From: Candidatus Saccharibacteria bacterium UBA5150
Lineage (GTDB): Bacteria; Patescibacteriota; Saccharimonadia; Saccharimonadales; UBA4665
Reading direction: 5' to 3'
Assembly: GCA_002413795.1 (NCBI GenBank)
Contig: DHXS01000009.1
Span: forward strand, 7,820 to 71,819
Length of the DNA stretch: 64,000 nucleotides
The notes under the pieces are model-generated. The model saw nothing but the letters and a program-made list of their open reading frames with translations. It searched no databases and was not told the origin of the DNA. A program made the position numbers and the translations under genes. Below, in pieces: positions 33,252 through 42,036 of the stretch (position 1 is the stretch's first letter; each line of letters opens with the position of its first letter).

Positions 33252-34379
33252 TTATTGGCCCGGGCAGGCGTCAGCCGTTGAACCCGGGAAAACCTGGATC
33301 TGTTTGCAGATGTTCTGGCCGGCTTCCAGGCTGTAATCGGGGTGCAGGTAGCCGTCGCGGACCGGCAGGCGCACCTGAATACGCCTTAAAACGTCCTGCG
33401 ACTTGCCGGTTGAATCGATTAAGGTTTGGGCGTGCTTAATGGCCAGCTGGTCGGCCGCTACGGTTGAAGCATGGCCGCCGCTATCCCTGAAAACGCTGAT
33501 CGACACCTTGGAATCGTGATAAATCGACCGTAGATCCACTAATATGCTTGTGGTGTTCAGCCCGGTAATGTTCACCGCGCAATTGAGCGGTTTGCGGTCG
33601 GCCTTACAGCTGCCGGCCAGAATCGGGCCGTTGCTGTCGTTGCTTAAATAAGCTTTGTAGTTATAGGTGACGGGATCCGACGAGCTGTTGATCGGGTATA
33701 CGAAGGCTTGCATGGCAAATTTGCTGGTCAGGCCAACAGCGCCAGAGGTGGAATCCAGCGAGGTTACGCTGAACCGGAGCACGCCCGTAGCGCTGGTCCA
33801 GTCTGCCAGCGGCGGCAATTTAGTGGGGTTGGCGGTGTAGTCGCTGTTATCGGCAAAGGTAGAGCCACCATCGCGGGCTTGCCAGTTGATCTGGATGGTA
33901 CCGATAGGAGTGTCAGCCAGAGTGGACGGGTCGCCACCGGTGATGGTGGTGACTTTGGACTGGTCGTTATTGACCGAGCCGTACTCCACAGTCGGCGGAT
34001 TCGGATTAATCAACAGGCAGCTGAAAGTAGTATCAGAGTTGCCTACCTGATTACTCTTAAGAAAAGCCGCGCCGATCCTTTGATCGGCAGGCAAGGCATT
34101 GATGTCACCGTCGCTCAGCACCCCGCAGTCCTTTTTTTCGGACGTGAAGCCGGCCGTAATAGCCTTGGTAGCCGTATTAACACCTGATTCGGCGGCGTAA
34201 TAAGCCTGCTGGCTCAGTTGTTTGTCCAGAGCCTGGCGCTGGTTGTCGCGCATCAGCTGGGCAAAACCGACCGTAATCAGGCTGAGCACCACTAATAAAA
34301 CAATGGCGATAATAATCGCCGCGAAGCCCTGCTGGTTGCCAGCCATTTGACGTCTCTTAACCATGAGCTTATTGTACAT
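33252..34379 (-). CDS. PilX-like pilus assembly / minor pilin-associated protein
   Basis: The N-terminus GFAAIIIAIVLLVVLSLITVGFAQLMRDNQRQA..AYYAAESG resembles the PilX_N pattern. Confidence 0.6.
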   Translation of the reverse strand: MYNKLMVKRRQMAGNQQGFAAIIIAIVLLVVLSLITVGFAQLMRDNQRQALDKQLSQQAYYAAESGVNTATKAITAGFTSEKKDCGVLSDGDINALPADQRIGAAFLKSNQVGNSDTTFSCLLINPNPPTVEYGSVNNDQSKVTTITGGDPSTLADTPIGTIQINWQARDGGSTFADNSDYTANPTKLPPLADWTSATGVLRFSVTSLDSTSGAVGLTSKFAMQAFVYPINSSSDPVTYNYKAYLSNDSNGPILAGSCKADRKPLNCAVNITGLNTTSILVDLRSIYHDSKVSISVFRDSGGHASTVAADQLAIKHAQTLIDSTGKSQDVLRRIQVRLPVRDGYLHPDYSLEAGQNICKQIQVFPGSTADACPGQ

Positions 34380-35110
34380 TAATTTAGCCGCCTTGTAGCC
34401 GAGGTGGATATTTCGGACACGGCGCAGTATTGGGTGCCCCGGTCACCGCTGCAGGTGGAATGACCGGGTTGAGCGCCGCTGTCGCCCTGGGTATTAACCA
34501 GATCGTCATCGCCATAAGCCATCCAAACGTCAATATTATAGATACCGCTGGCGGCCGGTGTCTGTTCAACCTTGAATCTTGTCAGGCGGACGTTGTGCGG
34601 CACCATTTCATAACCATCCCCGGAGGACTGAGAATCATTGGGCGCGCCGGGATCTAACAACTTGAGCGGCGGGCACTTATCGGTGGTTTTCATGGTATCA
34701 CGCCATAAAACGTGGTAAGACTCGTGATAAGTGTCGTCATTACGGGGGCTATCGCTTAACTTATGGCCCAGAATATAGCTGTAGCGCACTTTGCCTATAC
34801 AGTACGAATAAACCGGTACCTCGCCGGGGGTTACTTGGGTGTAACAGGTTGTTTTGGGCGATGGCGTGCCACAGCCGCCGGCCGGTGCCTGGCCGCTAAA
34901 CTCTAATGTCCCGGTTAAATCGGCCGTTACGCTGCGGGTGGCGTCCTGAATTTTGCTGGCATTAACACCCTTACTGTATAAATTGCCGATCTGAATCAAA
35001 ATAACACTGCTCATAACCAGCAAAACCGACAGCACCGACAGGGCTATCATTAGCTCAACGATCGTAAAGCCGGCTTGTTGGCTGTTTTTGTTAGTTTTGT
35101 GGTCCCACAT
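34379..35110 (-). CDS. Prepilin-type minor pilin
   Basis: QQAG/FTIVELMIALSVL is a class III signal with Glu at +5. The probable start is M17 of the track ORF. Confidence 0.7.
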   Translation of the reverse strand: MWDHKTNKNSQQAGFTIVELMIALSVLSVLLVMSSVILIQIGNLYSKGVNASKIQDATRSVTADLTGTLEFSGQAPAGGCGTPSPKTTCYTQVTPGEVPVYSYCIGKVRYSYILGHKLSDSPRNDDTYHESYHVLWRDTMKTTDKCPPLKLLDPGAPNDSQSSGDGYEMVPHNVRLTRFKVEQTPAASGIYNIDVWMAYGDDDLVNTQGDSGAQPGHSTCSGDRGTQYCAVSEISTSATRRLN

Positions 35111-35219
35111 AAGCGTTAGCATTCCCATCCTACTGTATAGTATCGGCCAGCTGATCACAAGAGTTACGACCCGTGTTATCGCTTGTGGTTAACCGAGATA
35201 CCGTGATACATTAGAGCGG

Positions 35220-35708
35220 ATGGCACGCAGAGGTAAACTACCTTCCCTGAAGAGGCTTAAAGAAGATCGGATGTACCGGCCGGTCTATATCGTTCTGGGC
35301 GTTATCATTATTGTTGTTTTAGTGGTTATGATTTACCCCGCTAAGAACAATTCGCCCTCCAAAAAGCTGCCCGATCAGGCTGAACTGCGCCGGCTGGCCA
35401 GTATCCCGCCCAAAGACAGCCCTACCGTCGTGGTCAGACACCTGAAAGACTACACCAACAAAGAGGTCACGCTGCGCGGCCGCTTCATCAGCATTCAAGG
35501 GATTGACCAGTACTACATTGTCGGCCTCGATAAGACCACCGCCTCTACCCTGGCCGTGGATTTTAGCAAATCCGGGCTGGACCCGACCAAATACGTTACG
35601 GTGTTGTCAAACACCGGTACCAGCGGCTCTAAAGGTCCCTACACCGTCAAAGGCCTGGTAAAAGTTACCGACAACGTGCCGGTGCTGGTCGTGGAGTCGG
35701 TCAAATAA
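35220..35708 (+). CDS. Membrane-anchored hypothetical protein, paralog A
   Basis: 162 aa with one TM helix. The C-terminal domain is ~30% identical by eye to the next ORF. Confidence 0.6.
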   Translation: MARRGKLPSLKRLKEDRMYRPVYIVLGVIIIVVLVVMIYPAKNNSPSKKLPDQAELRRLASIPPKDSPTVVVRHLKDYTNKEVTLRGRFISIQGIDQYYIVGLDKTTASTLAVDFSKSGLDPTKYVTVLSNTGTSGSKGPYTVKGLVKVTDNVPVLVVESVK

Positions 35709-36163
35709 TGATCAGCCGCCGCCTGGTGGTAGCTCTTATAGTGTTCATCGTGCTGGCCGTTGGTGCTTTCGCGGCGCTCAGCCTGACTCCTAAGTCTAAG
35801 CCGGCTGGCTCAACAAAAAGCACATCGAATACCATTAAATATCCTGCCCCTGTTAGTCCAACGGCCATTCTTAAGAACCACCTGCCTGAAAATATTGGCA
35901 AAAACATAGCCGTTAAGGGGTACGTTGTGTCACCGAAAGGTTCTCACAAATACTATGTTATAGACCCCGAGGATAAGCCCTCCGGCGCCCTACTGCTTGA
36001 TTTCAGTACATCGGACCTCAACCCGGATAAATACGCCAGCGTAATAGAAGCTACTTCCTCTCCCAAAAACTCCGTCTTAGCAGCCAAAGGTAAGCGCACG
36101 CTTCAAGGTGTGCTGCAATCAGAAACTAACAGCCCGGCCCTTCTGGTCAGATCTATATACTAG
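35708..36163 (+). CDS. Membrane-anchored hypothetical protein, paralog B
   Basis: 151 aa; its start overlaps the previous stop. It shares YY(I/V).., LDFS.S.L.P.KY and LVV.S(V/I) with paralog A. Confidence 0.6.
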   Translation: MISRRLVVALIVFIVLAVGAFAALSLTPKSKPAGSTKSTSNTIKYPAPVSPTAILKNHLPENIGKNIAVKGYVVSPKGSHKYYVIDPEDKPSGALLLDFSTSDLNPDKYASVIEATSSPKNSVLAAKGKRTLQGVLQSETNSPALLVRSIY

Positions 36164-37350
36164 TGCCGCAACCATGAGTCGGGGAACTCGGCTGGTCCGG
36201 ACGCGCCGGTGTAAACAAATGAGCCGAAGGGATAGAAACCGTTGTAGTAAGAGTACATGAGCCGGACCGGTTCGGTCTGGCCGGCTTGATGGTTGACCCT
36301 GGTAACTATTCTTAGAGTTTGCCAGCCATTGAAGCCAAAGTTGAGCTGGGCCGATGTATTGGTGCGAGTATCGATAATCTTATTACCGTTCAAAAATACT
36401 AGAGTTTGATTTCTGGGACTGGCATCAACCAGGTAAAGGGTCCAGCCTAAGTAGCTCCAGCCGGCACCATGAATCCAACACTGATAGTCGAGTGCGCAGT
36501 CGGCCATGTACACCTGGCCGTTCCATTCAACATAGGCATAGTCCGTAGTCGCGGCGTTCAGACCAACTCGTCTGGTAAGGGTGCTGGTGAAGTCGGGGTA
36601 CGAGCTTTCGCCGTTACCGATGTTTAAACCGATGTTTTTGTCGATAACCTGCATCTTGAAATCGGCCGTGCCATTTAGCGGATCGGGATCCCTTGCGGTT
36701 CCATGGTAGTAATTACCAATTAGGCCGGAGGGACAGTTGGGCGTACTGGTGGAGGGACAGGTGGTTACGTTCGGTGGTGGAGCGGCGGGCGCAATACCGC
36801 CGCCGGCATCAGAATTACCACCTGTAGGCTGGCCGTTGGCGATGGTGATATTGTTGTTGGTCGGGGAAACAGTGTAGAGACGGTAGTTCAGCGACTCCTG
36901 CTGAGCACCTAAGGTGCCTAAACCGGGCCAGCGCATCTTAACGGTGAAAAGGCCGCTGCCATCATAGGTAATGCTCTGGTAATACAGGCCGTTAACGACA
37001 CAAGCGCCGTAATTCGCGGCCGTCAGTTCATTCAAGTTTTCCTGGGACGCCGGTTTAAAACCGCTTAGGGTCACTAGATTGTGGGAGGAATCGAAGCAGA
37101 AGGCACTGGTAGTTTGCAGCACGCCGGCATTGGAGGCCGCGACGGCTGTCCTGACCTGCTCTATCTGGGAAGCCATCAGACTCAGGGCCTGGGAGTGCTC
37201 CTCGGCGGCCTGCGAGGTCTGCAGGCCCCTGTTAGCCGTGGCATAGGCTATGCTTAGGCCCAGGCCCAGCACCGCCAGTACGATCAGCACTTCAATAATG
37301 GTGTCGCCGGCCGATTTACGGGCGGGACTTTTGCGAAACAGATTGATCAT
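36160..37350 (-). CDS. Prepilin-type minor pilin with a C-terminal PA14/GLEYA-like lectin domain
   Basis: SAG/DTIIEVLIVLAV is the prepilin signal. GLIGNYYHG..YAYVEWNGQVY..LVFLNGNKIID matches the PA14 pattern. Confidence 0.7.
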   Translation of the reverse strand: MINLFRKSPARKSAGDTIIEVLIVLAVLGLGLSIAYATANRGLQTSQAAEEHSQALSLMASQIEQVRTAVAASNAGVLQTTSAFCFDSSHNLVTLSGFKPASQENLNELTAANYGACVVNGLYYQSITYDGSGLFTVKMRWPGLGTLGAQQESLNYRLYTVSPTNNNITIANGQPTGGNSDAGGGIAPAAPPPNVTTCPSTSTPNCPSGLIGNYYHGTARDPDPLNGTADFKMQVIDKNIGLNIGNGESSYPDFTSTLTRRVGLNAATTDYAYVEWNGQVYMADCALDYQCWIHGAGWSYLGWTLYLVDASPRNQTLVFLNGNKIIDTRTNTSAQLNFGFNGWQTLRIVTRVNHQAGQTEPVRLMYSYYNGFYPFGSFVYTGASGPAEFPDSWLRH

Positions 37351-38171
37351 GGCGTCCCCTTACAGCGGTCATCAATCGCGGTGCCAACTTTTATGCGGGC
37401 CACTAAGCGCTGGCCGTTAATGCCGCCTATTGTGACGCTGCCCGGCTGCTCGGTATTGGAATTCACGCAAATGGCTATATTGGGCTGATTAACCACATCG
37501 CCGTCGCTTATGCCGGGAATGACAGTATTGGCAAAGTCGGTTTGGGAACGCGATGAGGCACTGTTTTTAGGGACCACGAAGACAGTCGTTTGCGAGCCGG
37601 AATCCAGGGTGGCGCCGCCGCCGGTGCCGAAGCTACCGAAGAATCCTATGGCTCCCACAACGTCGGTACCGCTGTATAGCTTACTGACCGTTAAGCTCCA
37701 TTGGGCGTGTTTATTGTCCGTTAAACTGGTAGCCGCCACTGGTTTGGCCTCGGTGAAACTGCTGGATAATACGTTGGTGTTGGTATCGCTGGCGTAGCGC
37801 CGCCCGACTACCGTGTAAACGTTATAGCCGCTGCCGCTGTCGCCGGCAATGTCGAACTGCACCACTTTGCCCAGGAATATGCAGGCCTTGTTGGTCCCCT
37901 GCGTTGTGCCGTTGACCACCGCTGTCTGCGGGCTACCGCTGGCGCCGATGGTGCAAGACAGGCTATTAGTACTCGGGAAAAAGCCGTTGGCCACCTGGTT
38001 GGCAACGTTCTGCAATTGGGTAGCCAAGTCGTTCATGCCCTGCTTAAATTCAGCGTTGGATTGTTTGCCGGAAATAAAGATAGCCGCCAAGGTAAACATA
38101 AAACCCGAAACGGCCAAGAAAATCATGACTTCAATAATAGTGTAACCCCGAGAGTTTCGGCGGGCGCGCAT
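37347..38171 (-). CDS. Prepilin-type minor pilin
   Basis: RG/YTIIEVMIFLAV. ATG 38171 lies 6 nt after the -10 element TATACT. The track TTG 38177 abuts the -10. Confidence 0.7.
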   Translation of the reverse strand: MRARRNSRGYTIIEVMIFLAVSGFMFTLAAIFISGKQSNAEFKQGMNDLATQLQNVANQVANGFFPSTNSLSCTIGASGSPQTAVVNGTTQGTNKACIFLGKVVQFDIAGDSGSGYNVYTVVGRRYASDTNTNVLSSSFTEAKPVAATSLTDNKHAQWSLTVSKLYSGTDVVGAIGFFGSFGTGGGATLDSGSQTTVFVVPKNSASSRSQTDFANTVIPGISDGDVVNQPNIAICVNSNTEQPGSVTIGGINGQRLVARIKVGTAIDDRCKGTP

Positions 38172-38177
38172 GCTCAA

Positions 38178-38191
38178 AGTATAGCATAAGC
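38178..38191 (-). promoter_or_regulatory. Extended -10 promoter (rc GCTTATGCTATACT), leaderless configuration
   Basis: The motif is shared with 46548-46561 and 57400-57413. Confidence 0.45.
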
Positions 38192-38200
38192 ACTACCCTG

Positions 38201-39034
38201 TTAGAGCACCGGTGGCAAGAATGTTCGACGGTACCATAACAGGATGGTGTGACCGAACAGCTGTACAACAATTGCGCCCACGATCAGGAATGGCCCGAAA
38301 GGAATGGTGCTGTTGCGCTGCAGTTTTCTGGCGAGCAGTAGCGGCAGGCTGGCCAGACTGCCCAATAGGGCGGCACTGAAGATCATCAGCAGACTGCGGG
38401 CCGGCGTGGCGGCTATTAAGCCAAGCAGCCAGCCCAATTTAACGTCGCCGCCGCCAATCCACTTGCCGGCCGAAACCTGAAACAAAACGTAAAAGACTCC
38501 GCCGCCCACGGCCACCGCCAGTACGGTATTGAGCACTTCTCTGCCCGGATGGACCGCCGTAGCCGCCGCTACGCCGGCAAAAACCAGCGCCACGAGCGTC
38601 AGAGGATACAGCAGTCTGTCGGGCAGTAACAGCCAGCGTAAATCATACACAATCAAGGCCATAAAGCCGGTCAGTAAGGCCAGCCACAGCCCGAAAAGCA
38701 CTGTTTGGCTGCCCTGCACCGGCACTGGCCACCAGAAGTACGAAAGTACAAATAACAGGGCTGTAGCCGCTTCTACCAACGGATATTGACGTGATATCGG
38801 TTTATGGCAGTAGCGGCACTTGCCGCGCAGACTCAGCCAGCTGAACAGCGGCACCAAATCCCTAACGGCCAGCGCGTGCCTGCAGTGAGGGCACATGGAG
38901 CGGCCTTTCAGAATGGAAAGCTCCTGCCCGGTCTTTTTAGACTTTGCCTGCTCGTGGACCCTGTATACCACAGCATTCACAAAACTCCCCAGGGCCAGCC
39001 CCAACACCGCCAGAACAATATAAATCATTAGCAA
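38201..39034 (-). CDS. pilD: Prepilin peptidase (A24 family)
   Basis: CPHCRHAL..LRGKCRYCHKPIS zinc motif; polytopic; GGGDVKL. Confidence 0.85.
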   Translation of the reverse strand: MLMIYIVLAVLGLALGSFVNAVVYRVHEQAKSKKTGQELSILKGRSMCPHCRHALAVRDLVPLFSWLSLRGKCRYCHKPISRQYPLVEAATALLFVLSYFWWPVPVQGSQTVLFGLWLALLTGFMALIVYDLRWLLLPDRLLYPLTLVALVFAGVAAATAVHPGREVLNTVLAVAVGGGVFYVLFQVSAGKWIGGGDVKLGWLLGLIAATPARSLLMIFSAALLGSLASLPLLLARKLQRNSTIPFGPFLIVGAIVVQLFGHTILLWYRRTFLPPVL

Positions 39035-39046
39035 TATGGTAGCACA

Positions 39047-39073
39047 ACAAGAAAACAGGCCCCGAAGGGCCTG
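39047..39073 (-). terminator. Intrinsic terminator/attenuator between pilA and pilD
   Basis: The minus strand reads CAGGCCC-ttcg-GGGCCTG followed by TTTTCTTGTT. Confidence 0.55.
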
Positions 39074-39096
39074 CTCAAAGCTTATGGAAGACTAGC

Positions 39097-39600
39097 TTAC
39101 GTATCCAGACACTTGGCCTGGCTTGCCCCTGCTGTTTCAATAGCGTAAACGACTGAGGTTGCTCGACCGGATACCACAATAGTATATTGGGTTCCATTAT
39201 TAGCCGGAGCACCACACTTGGTGCCAAAGGTCACCGTTAATTCTCCAGCATTAGGAGTAACGCTAGTAGCGGTCTTGTCGGCGCCAAAGTTTACGGTAGT
39301 GCTTGCCTGTACCTTGGCAGTAGCGGCAGTACCGTTAGCGTCCTTCAAAGTGACTGCGCTCCCGGCTTGGCTAGAACCATTCTTCGTAGGGAGACCGCCA
39401 TCATTATTAGAGGCAAACTCGGACACGCCCCCGGCGATGGCTGCGGCGTCGTTCTTAATGGCCGTGTTGCGGCCGTTGCGCTGTAAGGCCGGTACGGCCA
39501 GTAAGACAACTAAAATAATTAAACCAGCGATGGCCAGCACGATCATCACTTCGATGATGGTAAAGCCTTCGTTCCTGGATTTTCGTACTCGATTAAGCAT
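39097..39600 (-). CDS. pilA: Major type IV pilin
   Basis: NEG/FTIIEVMIVLAIAGLI. 167 aa. AAAGGGGG serves as the RBS, and the gene has its own terminator. Confidence 0.8.
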   Translation of the reverse strand: MLNRVRKSRNEGFTIIEVMIVLAIAGLIILVVLLAVPALQRNGRNTAIKNDAAAIAGGVSEFASNNDGGLPTKNGSSQAGSAVTLKDANGTAATAKVQASTTVNFGADKTATSVTPNAGELTVTFGTKCGAPANNGTQYTIVVSGRATSVVYAIETAGASQAKCLDT

Positions 39601-39710
39601 TGCAAATGCCCCCTTTGCGTGCCTTTATTATGTGCTTATGCTTTGATCATATCTGGCAATTGGCCTAAATGCAAGCTGACTCGACCGTTTATCCACATCT
39701 TGCGTACCCC

Positions 39711-40940
39711 TTAGCCGCCGCCGGGATTGGTAAAGCCGGATTGGTTCACCAGGCCGTAAATTGGCAATAAAATGGCGGCCACGATAATCAGGGCTATGAT
39801 GCCCATAATCACCATCATGACCGGTTCGATGATGGTGCTGACGTTCTTAATCTCGTTGTCGACCTCTTTTTCGTAGTAGTCGGCTACCTTGGCCAGCATG
39901 GTTTCCATGGCGCCGGACTGCTCGCCGATGTGGAGCATGTTGGGGACCAGTTCCAGGAAATTCGGGTCTTTGCCGATGGCGTCGGATAAGGCCGTGCCGC
40001 CCTTCACTTTTTCGATGGCGTTCTTTAGAGATTTTTCGATGTGGACGTTGTCGACGGCTTCGCCGGTAATTTCCAGCACCTGAATCAGCGGTACGCCGCT
40101 GGCCACCAAGGTGGTGCCGGTGCGGGCAAAGCGGGCCATGTACATTTTCATAAATAGATTGCCGATCGGCCAAGCGCGCATTTTCACTTTATCGATTATA
40201 CTGCGACCGCCAAGGGTGCGAGCCCAGCGGCTGCCAAAGAAGATGGCCAAGCCGAGCAAAATCAGTACCGCCCACCAGCGGTGGGTTATAAAGTGCGAAA
40301 TGGCTAGCAAAAAGCGGGTTACGAACGGCAGTTGGGCGCCCGGCAGGCCGGCATAAATGTTCTGGACCTGCGGCAGGACCTTAACAATCATGAATGTCAC
40401 CACGGCTATCATGACCAGCAGGACGATTAGGGGGTAAATCATAGCGCCGCGGACCTTGCTGATAATGTCGGCGTCTTTTTCCTGCTGGTTGGCCAGGCGT
40501 TCCAGCCCGCTGTCGAGCGTACCGGAAGTCTCGCTGGCGGCTACCAGGCTGACGTAGACCCGGTTAAAGACCCGCGGGTGCTTTTCGAGGGCCACGCTGA
40601 AGGCTTTGCCGCCTTCGACATCGGCAATAACCTGGTTGATAACTACTTTTAGCGGCTTATTGGGCGTCTGCTGGGAAACACTGCGCAGGCTCTGCACCAG
40701 GGGCAGACCGGCGTTTATAAGCGTCGACAGCTGACGGCTGAACAGGACCTTATCTTTGGTCCTAATACGCCTTTTGAAGATTCGGCCACCGGCACTGTCC
40801 TTGGTGGGAACAATCGAAATCGGCGTCAGGCCTTCGTCGTGTATCAGCTTGGCGGCGGCCTGCTCGTTATCAGCCTGAACCTGCGCCTTAACCTTCTCGC
40901 CGGTGGCCGAGTTGCGAGCTTCGTAATTAAAGGTCAGCAT
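39711..40940 (-). CDS. pilC: Type IV pilus platform protein (GspF/PilC family)
   Basis: Duplicated T2SSF domains. 409 aa. Confidence 0.9.
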   Translation of the reverse strand: MLTFNYEARNSATGEKVKAQVQADNEQAAAKLIHDEGLTPISIVPTKDSAGGRIFKRRIRTKDKVLFSRQLSTLINAGLPLVQSLRSVSQQTPNKPLKVVINQVIADVEGGKAFSVALEKHPRVFNRVYVSLVAASETSGTLDSGLERLANQQEKDADIISKVRGAMIYPLIVLLVMIAVVTFMIVKVLPQVQNIYAGLPGAQLPFVTRFLLAISHFITHRWWAVLILLGLAIFFGSRWARTLGGRSIIDKVKMRAWPIGNLFMKMYMARFARTGTTLVASGVPLIQVLEITGEAVDNVHIEKSLKNAIEKVKGGTALSDAIGKDPNFLELVPNMLHIGEQSGAMETMLAKVADYYEKEVDNEIKNVSTIIEPVMMVIMGIIALIIVAAILLPIYGLVNQSGFTNPGGG

Positions 40941-40947
40941 GGGGGTG

Positions 40948-42024
40948 TTAGCTCCTCATCAGCCTGTCCAGCTCATCGATATCAACCGCGTAATTGCGGG
41001 CTTCGTCGTAGGTAATGGTGCCGGCGTGAATCAGGCTGACCAATTGCTTATCCATCGATTGCATGCCGAATTCGGTGCCGGTTTGGATAACGGCTTCCAG
41101 CTGGTGGCTCTTGCCTTCGCGGATGATGTTGCGCACCGCCGGGGTGGCCACCAGGATTTCGGCCGCCGCGATGCGGCCGCCGCCAATCGACGGTATCAGG
41201 CGCTGGGAAACGATAGCCATTAAAATATTGGACAGCTGAGCCCGGATTTGGGGCTGCTGGTGCGGCGGGAAGACGTCAATCATGCGGTCAATGCTCTGCG
41301 AGGCGCTGTTGGTATGCAGAGTGGCCAGCACCAGGTGGCCGGTTTCGGCGATGGTAATGGCGCTGGCGATGGTTTCCAGGTCGCGCATCTCGCCGATCAG
41401 CACAACGTCGGGGTCTTCGCGCAGGGCACTGCGCAGGGCGGCGCTGAACGAATAGGTATCGTAGTGGACTTCCCTCTGTACGATCACCGATTTTTGAGAT
41501 TTGTGGGTGAATTCGATCGGATCTTCGATGGTAATGATGTGCGAGGCCCGTTCCTGGTTGATTTTATGGATCATGGCCGACAGCGAAGTCGATTTGCCGG
41601 AGCCGGTCGGGCCGGTCACCAGCACCAGGCCGCGCGGGAACTCGGTGAATTTATTGACGATTTGCGGCAGACCGAGCTGTTCAATGCTCAGGATCTCGTT
41701 GGGAATCAGGCGCATGGCGGCGGCCAGATTGCCGCGCTCGTGGAAAGCGTTAACGCGGAAGCGGCCCAGGTCGCCATAAGCGAAGCTAAAGTCGAATTCC
41801 TTGTCTTTTAATAGGATTTGCTTCTGGTCTTCGTCCAGAATGGAAAAGACCAGCACTTCGACGGCTTCTTCATTAAGCGGATCGGCGCCGGTTACAGGGG
41901 TCAGAGCGCCGTCGACACGCAGCATCGGCGGCAAGCCTACCTGCAGGTGCAGGTCGGAAGCCTTCTTTTTAATAACTTCGTCGAGTAGGACCTCGATTCT
42001 TGGTTGCGCTGCTGCCATATCCAC
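40948..42024 (-). CDS. pilT: Twitching-motility retraction ATPase
   Basis: GPTGSGKSTS, the PilT-type AIRNIIREGK motif, and a size of 358 aa. Confidence 0.9.
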   Translation of the reverse strand: MDMAAAQPRIEVLLDEVIKKKASDLHLQVGLPPMLRVDGALTPVTGADPLNEEAVEVLVFSILDEDQKQILLKDKEFDFSFAYGDLGRFRVNAFHERGNLAAAMRLIPNEILSIEQLGLPQIVNKFTEFPRGLVLVTGPTGSGKSTSLSAMIHKINQERASHIITIEDPIEFTHKSQKSVIVQREVHYDTYSFSAALRSALREDPDVVLIGEMRDLETIASAITIAETGHLVLATLHTNSASQSIDRMIDVFPPHQQPQIRAQLSNILMAIVSQRLIPSIGGGRIAAAEILVATPAVRNIIREGKSHQLEAVIQTGTEFGMQSMDKQLVSLIHAGTITYDEARNYAVDIDELDRLMRS

Positions 42025-42036
42025 CCTTTCTAGTCT

